A DNA stretch of 62,120 nucleotides, filler included, from Bonamia ostreae (lineage: Eukaryota), in NCBI GenBank assembly GCA_040357525.1. It is 6 parts of 6 records of this genome, joined end to end, with 100 filler letters (N's around TTAATTAATTAA, not from the genome) between each part and the next. Parts side by side here need not be neighbours in the genome. Positions count along the whole stretch, not along the records: positions 31,595 to 41,830 come from JBDODL010000031.1; positions 41,931 to 51,991 come from JBDODL010000032.1; 4 more parts are not named here. One strand, written 5' to 3'. Within the stretch, counting starts at the first letter, position 1, and every line of letters begins with the position of its first letter. Shown here in pieces: positions 34,501 through 47,076 of the stretch. The position numbers and the translations under genes were made by a program. The notes under the pieces were generated by a model. That model saw only the letters and a list, made by a program, of their open reading frames with translations, was not told where the DNA came from and searched no databases.

Positions 34501-37500
34501 AATGGTACAATATCGCCGTTTTTATATTTTGAATAATTTTAAAAAGATTGTTCATGACTCAGGAACACACATTTATGGCGCGAAAACAAAAATTTTTGCG
34601 AATTCAAAATTAAAACACGTTGAAAATTGGCCATTTGAAGATTTTAAAAAAATTGAAACTGAAAATTTAGAACTTATTTTCGGAGATGAATTTAAGCTTA
34701 AACAAAGTTGTGTATGGCGATTGGCATCTTTTTCATTTTATAATATTCTTTTCGATAAAGAAAATGTTGAAAATTTGTTTTTGAATGGCTCAAGTTGCCA
34801 TTATTTGAACCGAAAGACGTTTATTTTTTAATTTTTGAGATATGTAACAATGAAACAATTAAAATAACGAGTGCATTTTACAATTTTAAATTAGAATAGA
34901 AGACGAAAAATATTTGAAACCAGTAATAAACATTGACACGCATACAAGTATTGGTGACAGTAATAAAAAGAATGTGGGGATTATAAACTTTTCTAATATT
35001 CAAGATTCAATTCGTAAAATTGGAGGAATGACAGTTATTTTTATATTCTTTCAATTTTTTTATTAAAACAATAAAAAGTACTTTCTTCAAAAATTAAAAA
35101 ATGTGAACAATAAAAACGATTTTCAGATCTTATTGGAGATATTTTTTCTATTTTTGTATGATAATGTTGAAAATCTGAAAGTTTTTATTTAATATCTACA
35201 TAAATAAAGCAAATGATCAAAATTAACGGTTACAACATTTTGTGTGCGATTTTGAAAGAAAAAATAAGATTTTTAGAAGACAAACTAGATTTGATTTTCA
35301 CCTTTATCGAAGGAAGGCCATCTACCTTTTGTAAAATGTTTTGTTGCAAAGTAATGACAAAAAAAAAGAAATTCGATTTTCCCCAAAACGCAATTATTAT
35401 CTCGTAAAACAGAAGACGAGACATTTGAATTCTTTATAAAAACAAACCAAAAAAGAGACAAATCAACGATAATTGTAACAAAAGTGAAATCAAGTGTAAA
35501 CGGAGATCAAATTTCGAATAACGAATCTATTCCGAGAAGTACTTCTTTGAAATCGAAAAAGAACGATGATATCTTTGTTACAAAAGAGAAAGTTCTTATT
35601 TGTAGCAACAATGACGTAGTCGATTCAAAAACAAACAAAATCGATTTTCGTTTTATAAGAAAAAGATTATATAGCCTTGTACCAAATAAAAAAAGTTTCG
35701 ATAAAAAAGATTTCTTTGTTTCAAGAATTGTAGCCAATTCTTTGGCATTGAAGATATTAATTTTGAACTTAAATTTTTTCGGTTTTCTATCTGCACCAAA
35801 TAAAAATAAAACTTTGGAATGGTTGATTGAAATGATTGAAGAGAGCCCTTTGCAAATTCACATCCTAAAAAATTTGAAAAGGGTTGAAAATTCTGATTTC
35901 GTTAAATTTTTGGAAAAAGAAGAAACTGGGAAAAATTTTAAGAAAACTGTGAATAATATTGGTTTGAAGTACAATTTGGAATTGATGAAACGGGGAAACA
36001 ATTTATTGTTTTTGACTGGATTGTGTCTGAATGAGAATTTGGAAGATTTGGATTTTAATATTTTTGTTAAGTTTTTGACGGTTTACTTAATTTGAAAAAC
36101 TTTTCGATTTAATTTGCAAAATATTTCTAAACACAAAACTTGCAAAAAAGATATATTAAAATAATATTTTCCGAAAAACTTAATTTGATGACTTAAAAAG
36201 ATATCAATCTCAAATAGTTTCCAAGAAAACTATTTAAACTTTGCAATAAGTTTATTATGCCAGTTTGGAACCAAGATTTTACGAAACAATGTAGATAACA
36301 ATGAAAATATTTCGATAAATCAAAACACCAATCTAAAGTACCAAACCTTTTTCGCAGCTCACTCTATAATGCTTAAGAACATTTTCAAAACAATTTCCCC
36401 TCAAAAATCACAGAAAAACCTCCCAAATTTTAACAAAACTGAAAAAAGATTGTTTTACGAACACTGCAAAAACTGGTTATTTGCTTCATTCAATAACAAT
36501 TTCAAATACCCCATTTACGCGCAATCCCTTTGCATCCTTCAATACATTAAATCTTCAAAAATCACTTCAAAATCCGAACTTTCGGACTTTTACAAGCTTT
36601 TTTTGTATGAGAATGGCAACGAATATTTTTGCATTTTATTGGGATTGTTTTTAAACAAAGAAGTTGATATCCAATTTCGCAAAAATGAAAAATTTTTTAT
36701 TGATGAAACCAAACTTGGAAAGTATTTTTGTAGTAGCCAAACGAAGGTTATTAAATTCAACATGTGTTTCAAAAGAGCATAGATAAAAAAGCATATAGAA
36801 TTTTGGCTCAAAAACTGATAACACAAAACGGTGACAAAAAATTTTTGAAAATTTTGATAAATTGCTTTCAAAACGAAAAAATTTTTGTTATTTTAATTAT
36901 TTATTAGAAAAAGGTTACAGCCCCAGAAAATTTGGAGGTAACAGTGAGATTGTTAAATTTGACAAAAAATGAAAAAATGTTGACAAAAATTATTTCAAAA
37001 TATTTCCAAAACGGCAAATTATATTTTGCCGCTCATTCTTTGATTTTTTGTAATTTGGGCAATTTTCAAAAACTAGAAATTTTAAATTTTATTTTATGTG
37101 ACGTTTCGGTGGAGATAAAATCTGAACATTTTTGGGATAATTTTTTGTTTGTTTTGAATGAGATTTTCATTTGTTGTAACTTTGATGATAATGAAGATGG
37201 CAGAAATTTTAGTGAAAAATTGTTTTTGATAACAAAAAATTTATTTTTCTTTATTTTAAAAAACGGCAAAATTGCTTTTTTGAGAAATATTGCAAGAAAA
37301 TTGATGTTACAAGATATTATTATTAACTTGTTATCTCAAAAATTCGCAAATTTTGGAGAGAAAACAAAAGAAGATTTTTTGTGTCTAATTTTGGATAATT
37401 TTGATTTATTTCTGGGTGAAAATCAAAGCAATTTTGATTATTCTTTCGCGATTGTGTTTTATTGTTTGAAGGAATATTTCGATGTTTTTTGAGAAACCAA

Positions 37501-40500
37501 ATTTTTAAATTTTGATTAAAATATTTATTTTAAATAATTTATTTTAAATTTAGCTTTTTTGACTAAATGTTAAAGTTCGAAAATGAGAATATATCGAAAA
37601 CAAGTAAAATAATTTGTCAAATTTTTGCTCTGAATTCGCCAATAAAATTTAAAAAGTTCTTTGTTTTTGAAAACAAAAATTTTTTTGACGATAAATTTGA
37701 ATTGCTGACAAAAAATAATGCTAAATTTTATTATTGGCTAAACCATTTTGATAAAGATGAAATGAAAATATTATACGATAAAAGTTTTTTTGTAAAATTG
37801 AATCTAAAATAATTAAAATAAAAATTGAAAATAGTGAAGAAAACAATAAACGATTACAAACTAAAAAATAAAACAAAAATGGAAAATTTTAGTAAAAAAC
37901 AAGAAGAAATCTTTGCTAAATTTAGCCAAAACAGATTAAACTTTAAAGAAAATTTCAACCAGATTTTTGAAAAAATATTTAAAAAATATGAAAATTTCTG
38001 GAAATATGAAAAAAGCGCTTTTGAAAGCAAAAAACTATCGTTTATTTATCTCGAAGAAAAATATTTAAAGCAATTTGAAAAGAGTTGTTTAGAAATATAT
38101 AGAACGTTTTTTACTTTAAAATTTTAATAAAAACAGCTCGCCCCTAAAAACTTTTAACGAAAACAATAATTATAAAATTCTGGATTTTTCAGAAACTAGT
38201 AATCGAATTAGAAAGAAAATGACAAAAAATTTAAAAGTAAAATTTTTTAAATTGTTTCGAAAATTTTATTGATACTAATACAAAACAAAAATCACTTTTA
38301 AAATAAAATATTGTTATATCCACAAAGTTCGAATCCAATTACAAAATAATACAACACAAATATTTGAAACAACAAGATATTGAAGAAAAGATACCTAAAA
38401 ATGTAGCAGATGAATTATTGAATGAGAATTTAATTCTTTTGAATAACAAAATTCGTTCAATGAAGAACAAACAAAAAAATAAAGAAAACATTGAAGATGG
38501 TTCGAAGCAAAATATTATCAAACTAAGTGCTTATATCAATGAAGAAGATTTGAGAAGTTCGATTTTGGTAACTAACTCATTTTTGATTTATAATCTCCAT
38601 GAAACGAGTTTTATATTCATATGTAGATTATTTTAGTAACAACAATAATTTTAATCGAATTTATTTATTTTGTTATGTTGTAACAATTAAAAGATGGAAT
38701 TTTAGCGCTTTGTAAAAAAAGAATTTATTTTTTTGAAGGATATAGCACAGATCAAAATTCTGTTCGATCTGTTAAAATCGAAAAAGTTTGCAAAAATTTA
38801 AATTGAACTTTTATAATTAACTTATAAAGAAAAGATTATTTACTGCTTATAAAAGCGACGAAAAACAAAACGGCAATTTTTTGCTAAAATTTTTTAAGCT
38901 CAAAAAATCAGTTACAAAAACTAAAAAATATCCTCAAATTAGACAATAGTTTTTATATTTTACAGCGTCTTAATTTTTTTTGTAAAAATTGGCAAAAAAT
39001 TTTACTAAAAAATATTTAACGAAAAAGTTCTTTAGAAGATATTGATTTTGTTGAAAAAAGATATTTTGATATGCAAAACAAAGCTTTAGAAATTTTTTTC
39101 CAAAACAAAACAAATTTAATTTTTGTTTTAAACTCAAAACTGCACCGAGATAAAATGGAATCGATTCTGGAAAAATCAATTAATATCAAAAATACTAAAA
39201 ACTCAACTTTAGCCAATTTTTTGCAATACAGTTTTCTGTTTTCGGTTTTAAGAATATTTAACCAATTTGAAAATTTTTTATTAAATAAAATTTGGTCAAA
39301 AATTAATAAAAAAATTCAGAAAACCAATTAAAAATAAAATTTGGTAAAAATTTAATAAATTTGTGAAAACCAATTTAAAAAATTGGTCAAAAAAATAAAT
39401 TTAACAAAAACAAAAAAGTCTAAATGGAAAACATCTTTTACAGAACAATGGCTCGATGGAAAAATGACCAATTTTGATTATTTGATGACACTAAACACAC
39501 TCTCCGGCAGATCTTACAACGATCTTTCTCAATACCCCATTTTCCCGTGGATCCTCAAAGATTACAAAAGCCATTTTCTCGATCTCAACGATTCCAACTC
39601 TTTCCGAGATTTATCCCTCCCAATGGGCTGCATCGACCCCAATCGAAAAGAATTTTTCGATGAGAGATTTGAGCTTTGGGGCGAAAACAGCGATGGCATC
39701 CCCAAATTCCATTACGGAACACATTATTCGACACCTGGAATCGTTTTGTATTATTTGTTGCGTCTTGAGCCGTTCACAAAATTGTCTTTGGAGCTGCAGG
39801 GCGGTATGTTGGATGTCGCAGATCGAGTTTTTGCTTCGATCGAAAGAACATGGGAATCGGCATCGTCGATTGGAGGGTTGTCGGATGTTCGAGAACTTAT
39901 CCCAGAGTTTTTTTACTTGCCGCAATTTTTGGAGAATGGGAATTTTATAGATTTCGGGCGCACTCAGTCGGATGTTCCTGTTCGGGACGTTTTGTTACCA
40001 CCCTGGGCGCTCGGATCTCCAAAGGTAATTTTGTGACAATTTTAGCCGATCAAAAAAATAAAATTATTTACAAAATTGTTTATTTTAGTTGATCAAAAAA
40101 AATAAAATTTATAAAAAAATTTACATTGTAAAATCCAGATATTCATCCACAAACACAGAGAAGCATTAGAAAGCGAATATGTTTCCCTCAATCTGCACAA
40201 ATGGATCGATCTAATTTTCGGTTACAAACAGAAAGGTGAAGAAGCAATTAAAAACAGAAATGTCTTTTATTATTTGACATATCAAGAAAATGTCAAAATT
40301 GAGTCGATTTGCGATCAAACTGAGAAAAAATCTATTTTGGCACAAATTAAAAGTTTTGGACAATGTCCTTTCCAACTTTTTAATACGCCACATTTGCAAA
40401 AAAGAACGATATTAAAAAATGTTACTGACGATTTTGGTAACAATGACATTGAAACCGATAATAAAATTGAAAAAAATGGTGCTGAAAATGAAAATTTTGA

Positions 40501-41806
40501 TAAAAATGTTAGCACGAAAACAATTGAAGCAGATACTGTTGAAGCAGATACAAAAATTCCAAAACTGGAAAAAGAAACGTCAAAATTGAGCAGAGAATCG
40601 TCATTGGTCAACATATCTACCATTGAAGCTCCAAAAAATTTTCCTAAATTTAAATTTGAGAGGAAAAGACTAATTTTCGACGGAGAAAAAGTGGTTTCGG
40701 CGAAATTTAATCGTCATTTTGTGCAAATTTTAAAAATGTTTCTAATTTGGAGGAAAAACGAGTTTTTGTTGGCGAATTTTGAGAATGGGAAAGAGATTGT
40801 GAAAAAAGTTTTTGTGAATTTGATAGATGGTGATATTGATTTGGTTGAAGTCTCTCTTAATTCAAAATTGGTCGTTGTGTCGTTTAATTTTAAAAATCAA
40901 TTTTAACGAAATTTTGAATATTCTAAAAAATTAATTTTAAAATTTTGAGACTTTTGAATATTAAATAATATAAAAAGCGGAAAAGACGGAATACTATATT
41001 TACTAAATTTTAACGCTCACAAAAAAAAGCTGTTTTTTGTGAGCAGATTTTATTGTTACAACCTCGACAAAATAGCCTTGATGTAAATTTGAGTATAATT
41101 TAGTATTTTGGTTATTTTTTAACAAAACCGCGGAGGCGCCAATTTGGTACTTAATCGAANNNNNNNNNNCCTGTAAGACAAATCCAGAAGAAAGTCGACT
41201 CTTCGTTATCTGTCACCACCACGGCGAACGCGCCATTTTCGACATTAATCGAAAAACTTTTGTTTGTCCACTCAAAATGAATTGTTTTACAAAATGTATT
41301 CGCATTGACGAAAAAGAAGGCGACATTGTCGTTTGTGGTAGTTCCAAAATTTCCATTTGGGATGTTAATGGTATTTTTGGCAATTTTTATAAAAAATAAA
41401 ATTTAATTCTATAAAAATTTTTATTTTAATAAAAATGTCAAATTTTTTTTATGAAAAAGGAGATAAGTTGTGTGAAAAAAAGCTAAAAACAAGTGAAAAC
41501 ATTTTATGTTGCGAAATTAGAAAGGATATTTCGTTTCCGAAAAAAATAATTGCAACAGGCGATATGGACGGAAAGATCACTTTGTGGGCCATGAAAATAA
41601 ATGAAAATTTTTCGGAAAAGCAAAATTTTATTTACGATTTAGTTGAGATTGTTTCTTGCAGTTTGTCAAACCAGAATTCACAACCAGTCGGCGATCTGTT
41701 GAGCATTTCTTCAGAAAAAAAGTTTTTTTTGGAAATTTAAAGTTATCTTTGGAGCATGGATACTGACGGGAAAGTTCGAAAATGGATGTGTGATTTAAAT
41801 TTTTAA
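31595..41806 (+). CDS. BEACH-domain protein (ConA-like/PH-BEACH-WD40), many exons, 5' truncated
   Basis: [65 protein letters not shown] and [11 protein letters not shown]40-like C-terminus. Confidence 0.9.
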
Positions 41807-41930
41807 AATAATCATTTTTAATGTTTATTANNNNNNNNNNNNNNNNNNNNNNNNNNNNNNNNNNNNNNNNNNNNTTAATTAATTAANNNNNNNNNNNNNN
41901 NNNNNNNNNNNNNNNNNNNNNNNNNNNNNN

Positions 41931-42562
41931 TTCGAACAAACATTTCCAATTTTTGCCAAAATATTTTCAATTCGGGATCCATTTTTTGGTGTTTGGACAT
42001 AAACTTTGCTTTTTTCGCAAATAGACTCGGTCAACACGTTATTTACACAGCATAAGTACTTTTCTTCCGTCACATTCATTGAATTTTGAAATGTTTGGCA
42101 TCTACCACGATACAAAAATTTTGGCTGCGGAATTCCGTAATTCTCGTAAGTGTCATATCCCAATTGACATTTACTTTCATTTAAAACTTCTTTTAAAGAT
42201 TGTAGATAAAAACGTTTGCAACTTATGTCCTCATCATCAATGTACTTTTGCCCTACTATTTTTAAGTTATCGTTTACACATTTGCTTATAAAATATTTGT
42301 TTAAAATTTTTTCGCCAATCGAAACCAATTTTGAACTATTTTTGCATGAAACTACCATTTTTCCATTGTAAACTTTATAATTTTCATATATTCCAGATTC
42401 GTAGCCATTATTTTCCAAACTTTTGTTATGTCTCTCAAATACAAGTTCTTTAGCCATAAAAGAATCTTTTATTCTGCAATCAACAGCCAAAGTTATATTC
42501 ATAAAGATCGCTGCAATGATTAAAAACTTGAACTTGCTCTTTAATGAGATTATTCGTGACAT
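41931..42562 (-). CDS. Secreted cysteine-rich hypothetical protein, 3' truncated
   Basis: Signal-peptide-like FLIIAAIFMNITLA-VDC with regularly spaced Cys. Confidence 0.6.
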
Positions 42563-42627
42563 TAAAAAATGGTGTAATTAATTTTTCAAAAATTTTTTAT
42601 TCTATAGATATGATTTTATAGACGTTT

Positions 42628-42775
42628 AGATAAATTTCAAAAACATTTGGACGAATTTCAAAAACAATTAGACAAATTTCAAAAACAATTAGGCAAATTT
42701 AGTTGTATTTCAAAAACATTTGGACGAATTTCAAAAACAATTAGACAAATTTAGTTGTGTTTCAAAATCATTTAG
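42628..42775. repeat. Imperfect ~21-bp minisatellite
   Basis: aatttcaaaaacaWttRgacR units, about 6 copies. Confidence 0.8.
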
Positions 42776-43603
42776 GTCGATAGAGATATGCTTTTAATAT
42801 TTTTTATTTAAATTTGTCAAGAAATTTATAATGAACAAAATAAAAATAGTAAGATATTTTGCAGATATTAAAGTAATCCGACATAAAGAATAGCAATTGC
42901 TGCAAGACCAACGGAAGTAACATCTCCACTCTCTTCTCCAGTTGCTTCATCGTCATTTATGTTATCATTGTAAATTTTTATATTATCACAGGAACTAAAA
43001 TCAGTGATAACAAAAGCGTTTCAATTGATTCGCCGATAGAGAAATAGGCGCGAAAAAGAATTTGGAACAACAAGAAATCTGTGGAAAGATTTATTAAATA
43101 AAAATTTTCAAAATTTTAGCGTTTTATATCTAATGTGTAAATTTTGTATTATTTCACTAACTCAATTATTTCTATTTTACTAATTCAGTTATTTCTCAAT
43201 TTGTTTTTTCAAATCTCTGTTTTTCAATTTCCCGAGATCCAAAGATTATAATGTGGTGGCTTATCTGGATTTAAAGGTAACCTAGATTAGAAAGTATTAA
43301 GTTTGATCTGGAGTATTCTTACACCATTTTCCGACATCATATAAATAAAAAACTCTTTACTTATTTCACGACGCCGTTTTCTAAGATTTCTCGTTTTGAG
43401 ATTATGCCACGAGAAATCTTGTTAATAATAATAATATGCTTTGAAGATATACATTATTTGCAATAATCTTTATTTTGAAAATTAAAAATGTTAAATCTTT
43501 AAAAAGTCAAATTTATTCAAAAGATAGCGAATTATATAATAAAAATTGTTAAGCCATTAAAGATAGCGAAATTTATATTAAAGATAGCGAATTACAGTTT
43601 GAA

Positions 43604-45270
43604 ATGATTAAGAATTTGTTGCGTTTATCAAGGCGTTGTTACTATAATGCAAATGAAATTGCGTCAAAAAAACGCAAATACAGATTTTGTGAACCATTCC
43701 AACCTATTCAAAGTTTCAAACTTATTTCTCTCGTCTTTAAATATAAAATCAACCTGCCCTGTCTATTCTATTCATTAAAAGACAGAGAGCCAAAACACGT
43801 AAAAGCGTCTGAAGCAATGCAAGCTATTAGGTCTAAAAATAGAATTTTCATACATGGCGCAGCGGCAACGCCAATTGTGCTTATCAAAGAATTGGCGAAA
43901 AAAGGCATCGAAGACAAATTGAACGATATAAAACTGTATCACATACATACGCATGGATTTCTGCCTGTTGGCGCGGAATATGATGGAATATTCAGTGTTA
44001 TAATTTTGTGGTTGAATATAAAGACATTAAATACTCTTGAAAATTTTAAAGGATTTTTCGCTATTCATGGGGAAAAACGTTCGAAAAGCTGTAAACGCAG
44101 GAAAAGCTGATTTTATCCCCGTTTTTCTGTCTCAAATTCCCAAACTGTTCACCGATAACGTGATAGATTTGGACGCCGCGTTAATTCAAGTTTCTCCGCC
44201 TGATAAGCACGGTTTCTGTTCTCTGGGGACAAGTGTAGATTGTACCAGAGCAGCAATCAAAAACGCAAAAATTATTATTGCTCAAATAAACAGTTTTATG
44301 CCTCGTACGCATGGCGACGGACAAGTACATGTTTCGCATATTGATTTTGCTGTGGAGCACAATGAAAGTTATTTTTTGTAACAATAGAAACCTTCTTTTC
44401 GTGTGCTGTAACAAAAAATTAAAAATTTGATCAATAAAAAAAATTTTTCAGAACAAATTATTTTTTCCTTTTTTCCATTTTGATAAAAACCTGCAATTTG
44501 ACAAAACACAAGAATTGTTCGGATGGGACGACGAACCAGTCGAACCGAACGAAATTCAAAAGAAAATCGGCGAACGCGTCGCCGATCTTATCGAAAACGA
44601 CAGCGCGATCCAATTAGGAATCGGAGCCATTCCAAACGCCGTTTGCGCCTCTTTGGCCAATCACAAAAATCTCGGGATCCATTCCGAAATGTTCATGGAC
44701 GGTGTCGTTGATTGGGTGTACAATGGGGTTGTCAACATTTCTGGCAACAATGTGCAAAACGTAAAGCCGATCTTTTCTTTTGCCGTCGGGAAAAAAAATT
44801 TGTACCGATTCTTGGACTAAACCCCGTCAGTTTCAATGCTATCCTGCGAATACACAAACATGGTTTCGAACATAAAACGACTCGATAAAATGTGCGCCAT
44901 CAATTCGGCACTGGAAATCGATGTGACTGGTCAGGTCGTGGCCGAGTCACTTGGTACCAAAATGCTGTCTGGTGTGGGAGGACAGGTGGACTTCATGAAG
45001 GGTGCCGCTTTGTCAAATGGCGGGAAGCCGATAATAGCGCTGCCTTCAACGAGCTCTAAGGGACATAGTCGGATAGTCCCTGAAATTATGCCGGGCGCAG
45101 CAGTCACTACTACGAGAGCGCATGTGCAATATGTTGTGACTGAATATGGACATGTAGATTTAAAGGGCAAATCTTTGAGAGAAAGAGCGCGATTGTTGGT
45201 CAGCATTGCCCATCCTGATTACAGAGAAAAGCTCTGCCACCAAGCACTGGCGAGATTTGGGAAATTTTAA
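43604..45270 (+). CDS. Acetyl-CoA hydrolase/acetate:succinate CoA-transferase with mitochondrial presequence (contains an in-frame TAA)
   Basis: IHGAAATP, QVSPPDKHGFCSLGTSVD, QLGIGAIP, LGIHSEM, SGVGGQVDF and VVTEYG. N-terminus MIKNLLRLSRRCYY. Confidence 0.9.
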
Positions 45271-45287
45271 AGAATTGAAATTTGTGA

Positions 45288-45629
45288 AAAATTAAATTTG
45301 GTCGTTATTAAAACATTGAAATTTGAAAAAAAACATTATCTGAACTTTAATTTGACTAAGATTGCCCCTAAAAACTCGTATCTAAAAATCGACTAAATGT
45401 CCCCGAAAGCAAATAATTTTTACAAATCGCCAACATAAAATTGCCGCAAAACAAATAAAAATTAAATTTGGTCGTTATTAAAACATTGAAATTCTGAAAA
45501 AAAAAACATTATCTGAACTTTAATTTGACTAAGATTGCCCCTAAAAACTCGTATCTAAAAATCGACTAAATGTCCCCGAAAGCAAATAATTTTTACAAAT
45601 CGCCAACATAAAATTGCCGCAAAACAAAT
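45288..45629. repeat. Tandem duplication of ~170 bp
   Basis: aaaattaaatttggtcgttattaaaacattgaa...ccgcaaaacaaat occurs twice, differing only around one A-run. Confidence 0.9.
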
Positions 45630-45707
45630 TATTCCAAAACAAAATTGCGCAAAAGCTTATAAGCGATCATAAAAGTTAATTGCAAAATTGATAAGTTTTA
45701 GCCAATT

Positions 45708-46687
45708 ATGTCTGACGTCGACAAGCAAATTGAAAAGTTAAGGCGTTGTGAGTACCTAACAGAACAAGAGGTCAAACTTCTTTGCCAAAAGGCAAACGAG
45801 ATTTTGATGGAAGAAGGAAACGTCCAGAAAATTTACAGCCCCGTCACAGTTGCAATATTTTAAAAGCAGATATGCGGAGACATCCACGGCCAATTCTACG
45901 ATCTCATCCAAATCTTCAAGATCGGCGGAGACGTCCCGAAAACTAACTATCTTTTTCTGGGCGATTTGGTGGACCGCGGTTTGTACAGCGTCGAGACTTT
46001 CCTGATCATTTTGGCCTTGAAAGTGCGCTACCCCGATCGAGTCACGGTTATAAGAGGAAACCACGAAAGCAGACAGATCACGACGGTCTACGGCTTTTAT
46101 GACGAGTGCCTGCGCAAATACGGATCCACCAATGTTTGGACATATTGCACGGAAACTTTCGACTATTTGACTTTGTCGGTGCTAATAGACAACAGAATTT
46201 TCAATGTCCATGGCGGGTTGTCACCAGTGGTCTATTCGCTGGACCAAGTTTCTTCAAACAAACAACTTAAGATTCGATCGATTGACAGGAAAGTCGAAGT
46301 GCCCCACCAAGGTTCGATGTGCGACTTGTTGTGGTCCGACCCTGAGGATATCGAAGGTTGGATGTTGAGTCCCAGGGGCGCCGGGTACCTTTTCGGGGGA
46401 AGCGTCGTCGATAAAGTTTGTTTGTTCTATTAAAGTTCAACCGAGAAAATGGGATAGATTTGATTTGCAGAGCGCATCAACTTGTGATGGAGGGCTACAA
46501 GTATATGTTCGATAAGAAGCTGGTGACAGTTTGGTCTGCCCCGAATTATTGCTACCGGTGTGGAAATGTGGCCTCGATTTTACAAATCGACCAAAACTTA
46601 AAACAGGATTTTAAGATTTTTGAAGCGACTTCCGATGAAAATAGAAAGCTGCCGCTGCGTGAAGCCGTCGCAGAGTATTTTTTGTGA
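45708..46687 (+). CDS. PPP4C: Ser/Thr protein phosphatase 4 catalytic subunit
   Basis: [28 protein letters not shown] and C-terminal EYFL. Introns 45849-45869, 46248-46271 and 46416-46435. Confidence 0.92.
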
Positions 46688-47076
46688 TTAAATTTTCGCT
46701 CTATACTTGTTTTTCTTCGATTAGAAAATGATTCATTTGAATGGTTAATAAAATGCTATTCACGTCCCTTAAAAACCTCCGATCTGTTTCCATCCATTGA
46801 TCGTCATTTATATTTGTAGTAAATATTACAATTTTAAAAATAAATCAATGTTGACAATTAGTAATATTGTATTAATATGGGCTGATACATTCCATAGCGA
46901 ATGTTTGTCATCGATTTTCTTTCTAATAAATATTAAACAATATAGCTATAATTGTATTTTAGTAAATTAATTCATATAATCTGGAAAGGAATCAGGAATT
47001 TGTTAATAAAAAAGAATTAAAAAAAATATTTCATTTCAGTTTTATCGAACGAACCAAAGATTAAAGATTTTATATT

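Noticed and set aside
42628-42775. Short repeat array as CRISPR
   Set aside because: Eukaryotic context, no unique spacers and no cas genes. It is a minisatellite.
45288-45629. 170-bp tandem duplication as a mobile element or LTR
   Set aside because: No target-site duplication, terminal inverted repeats or coding capacity. The copies differ only around a homopolymer, so it may be a local duplication or an assembly artefact.
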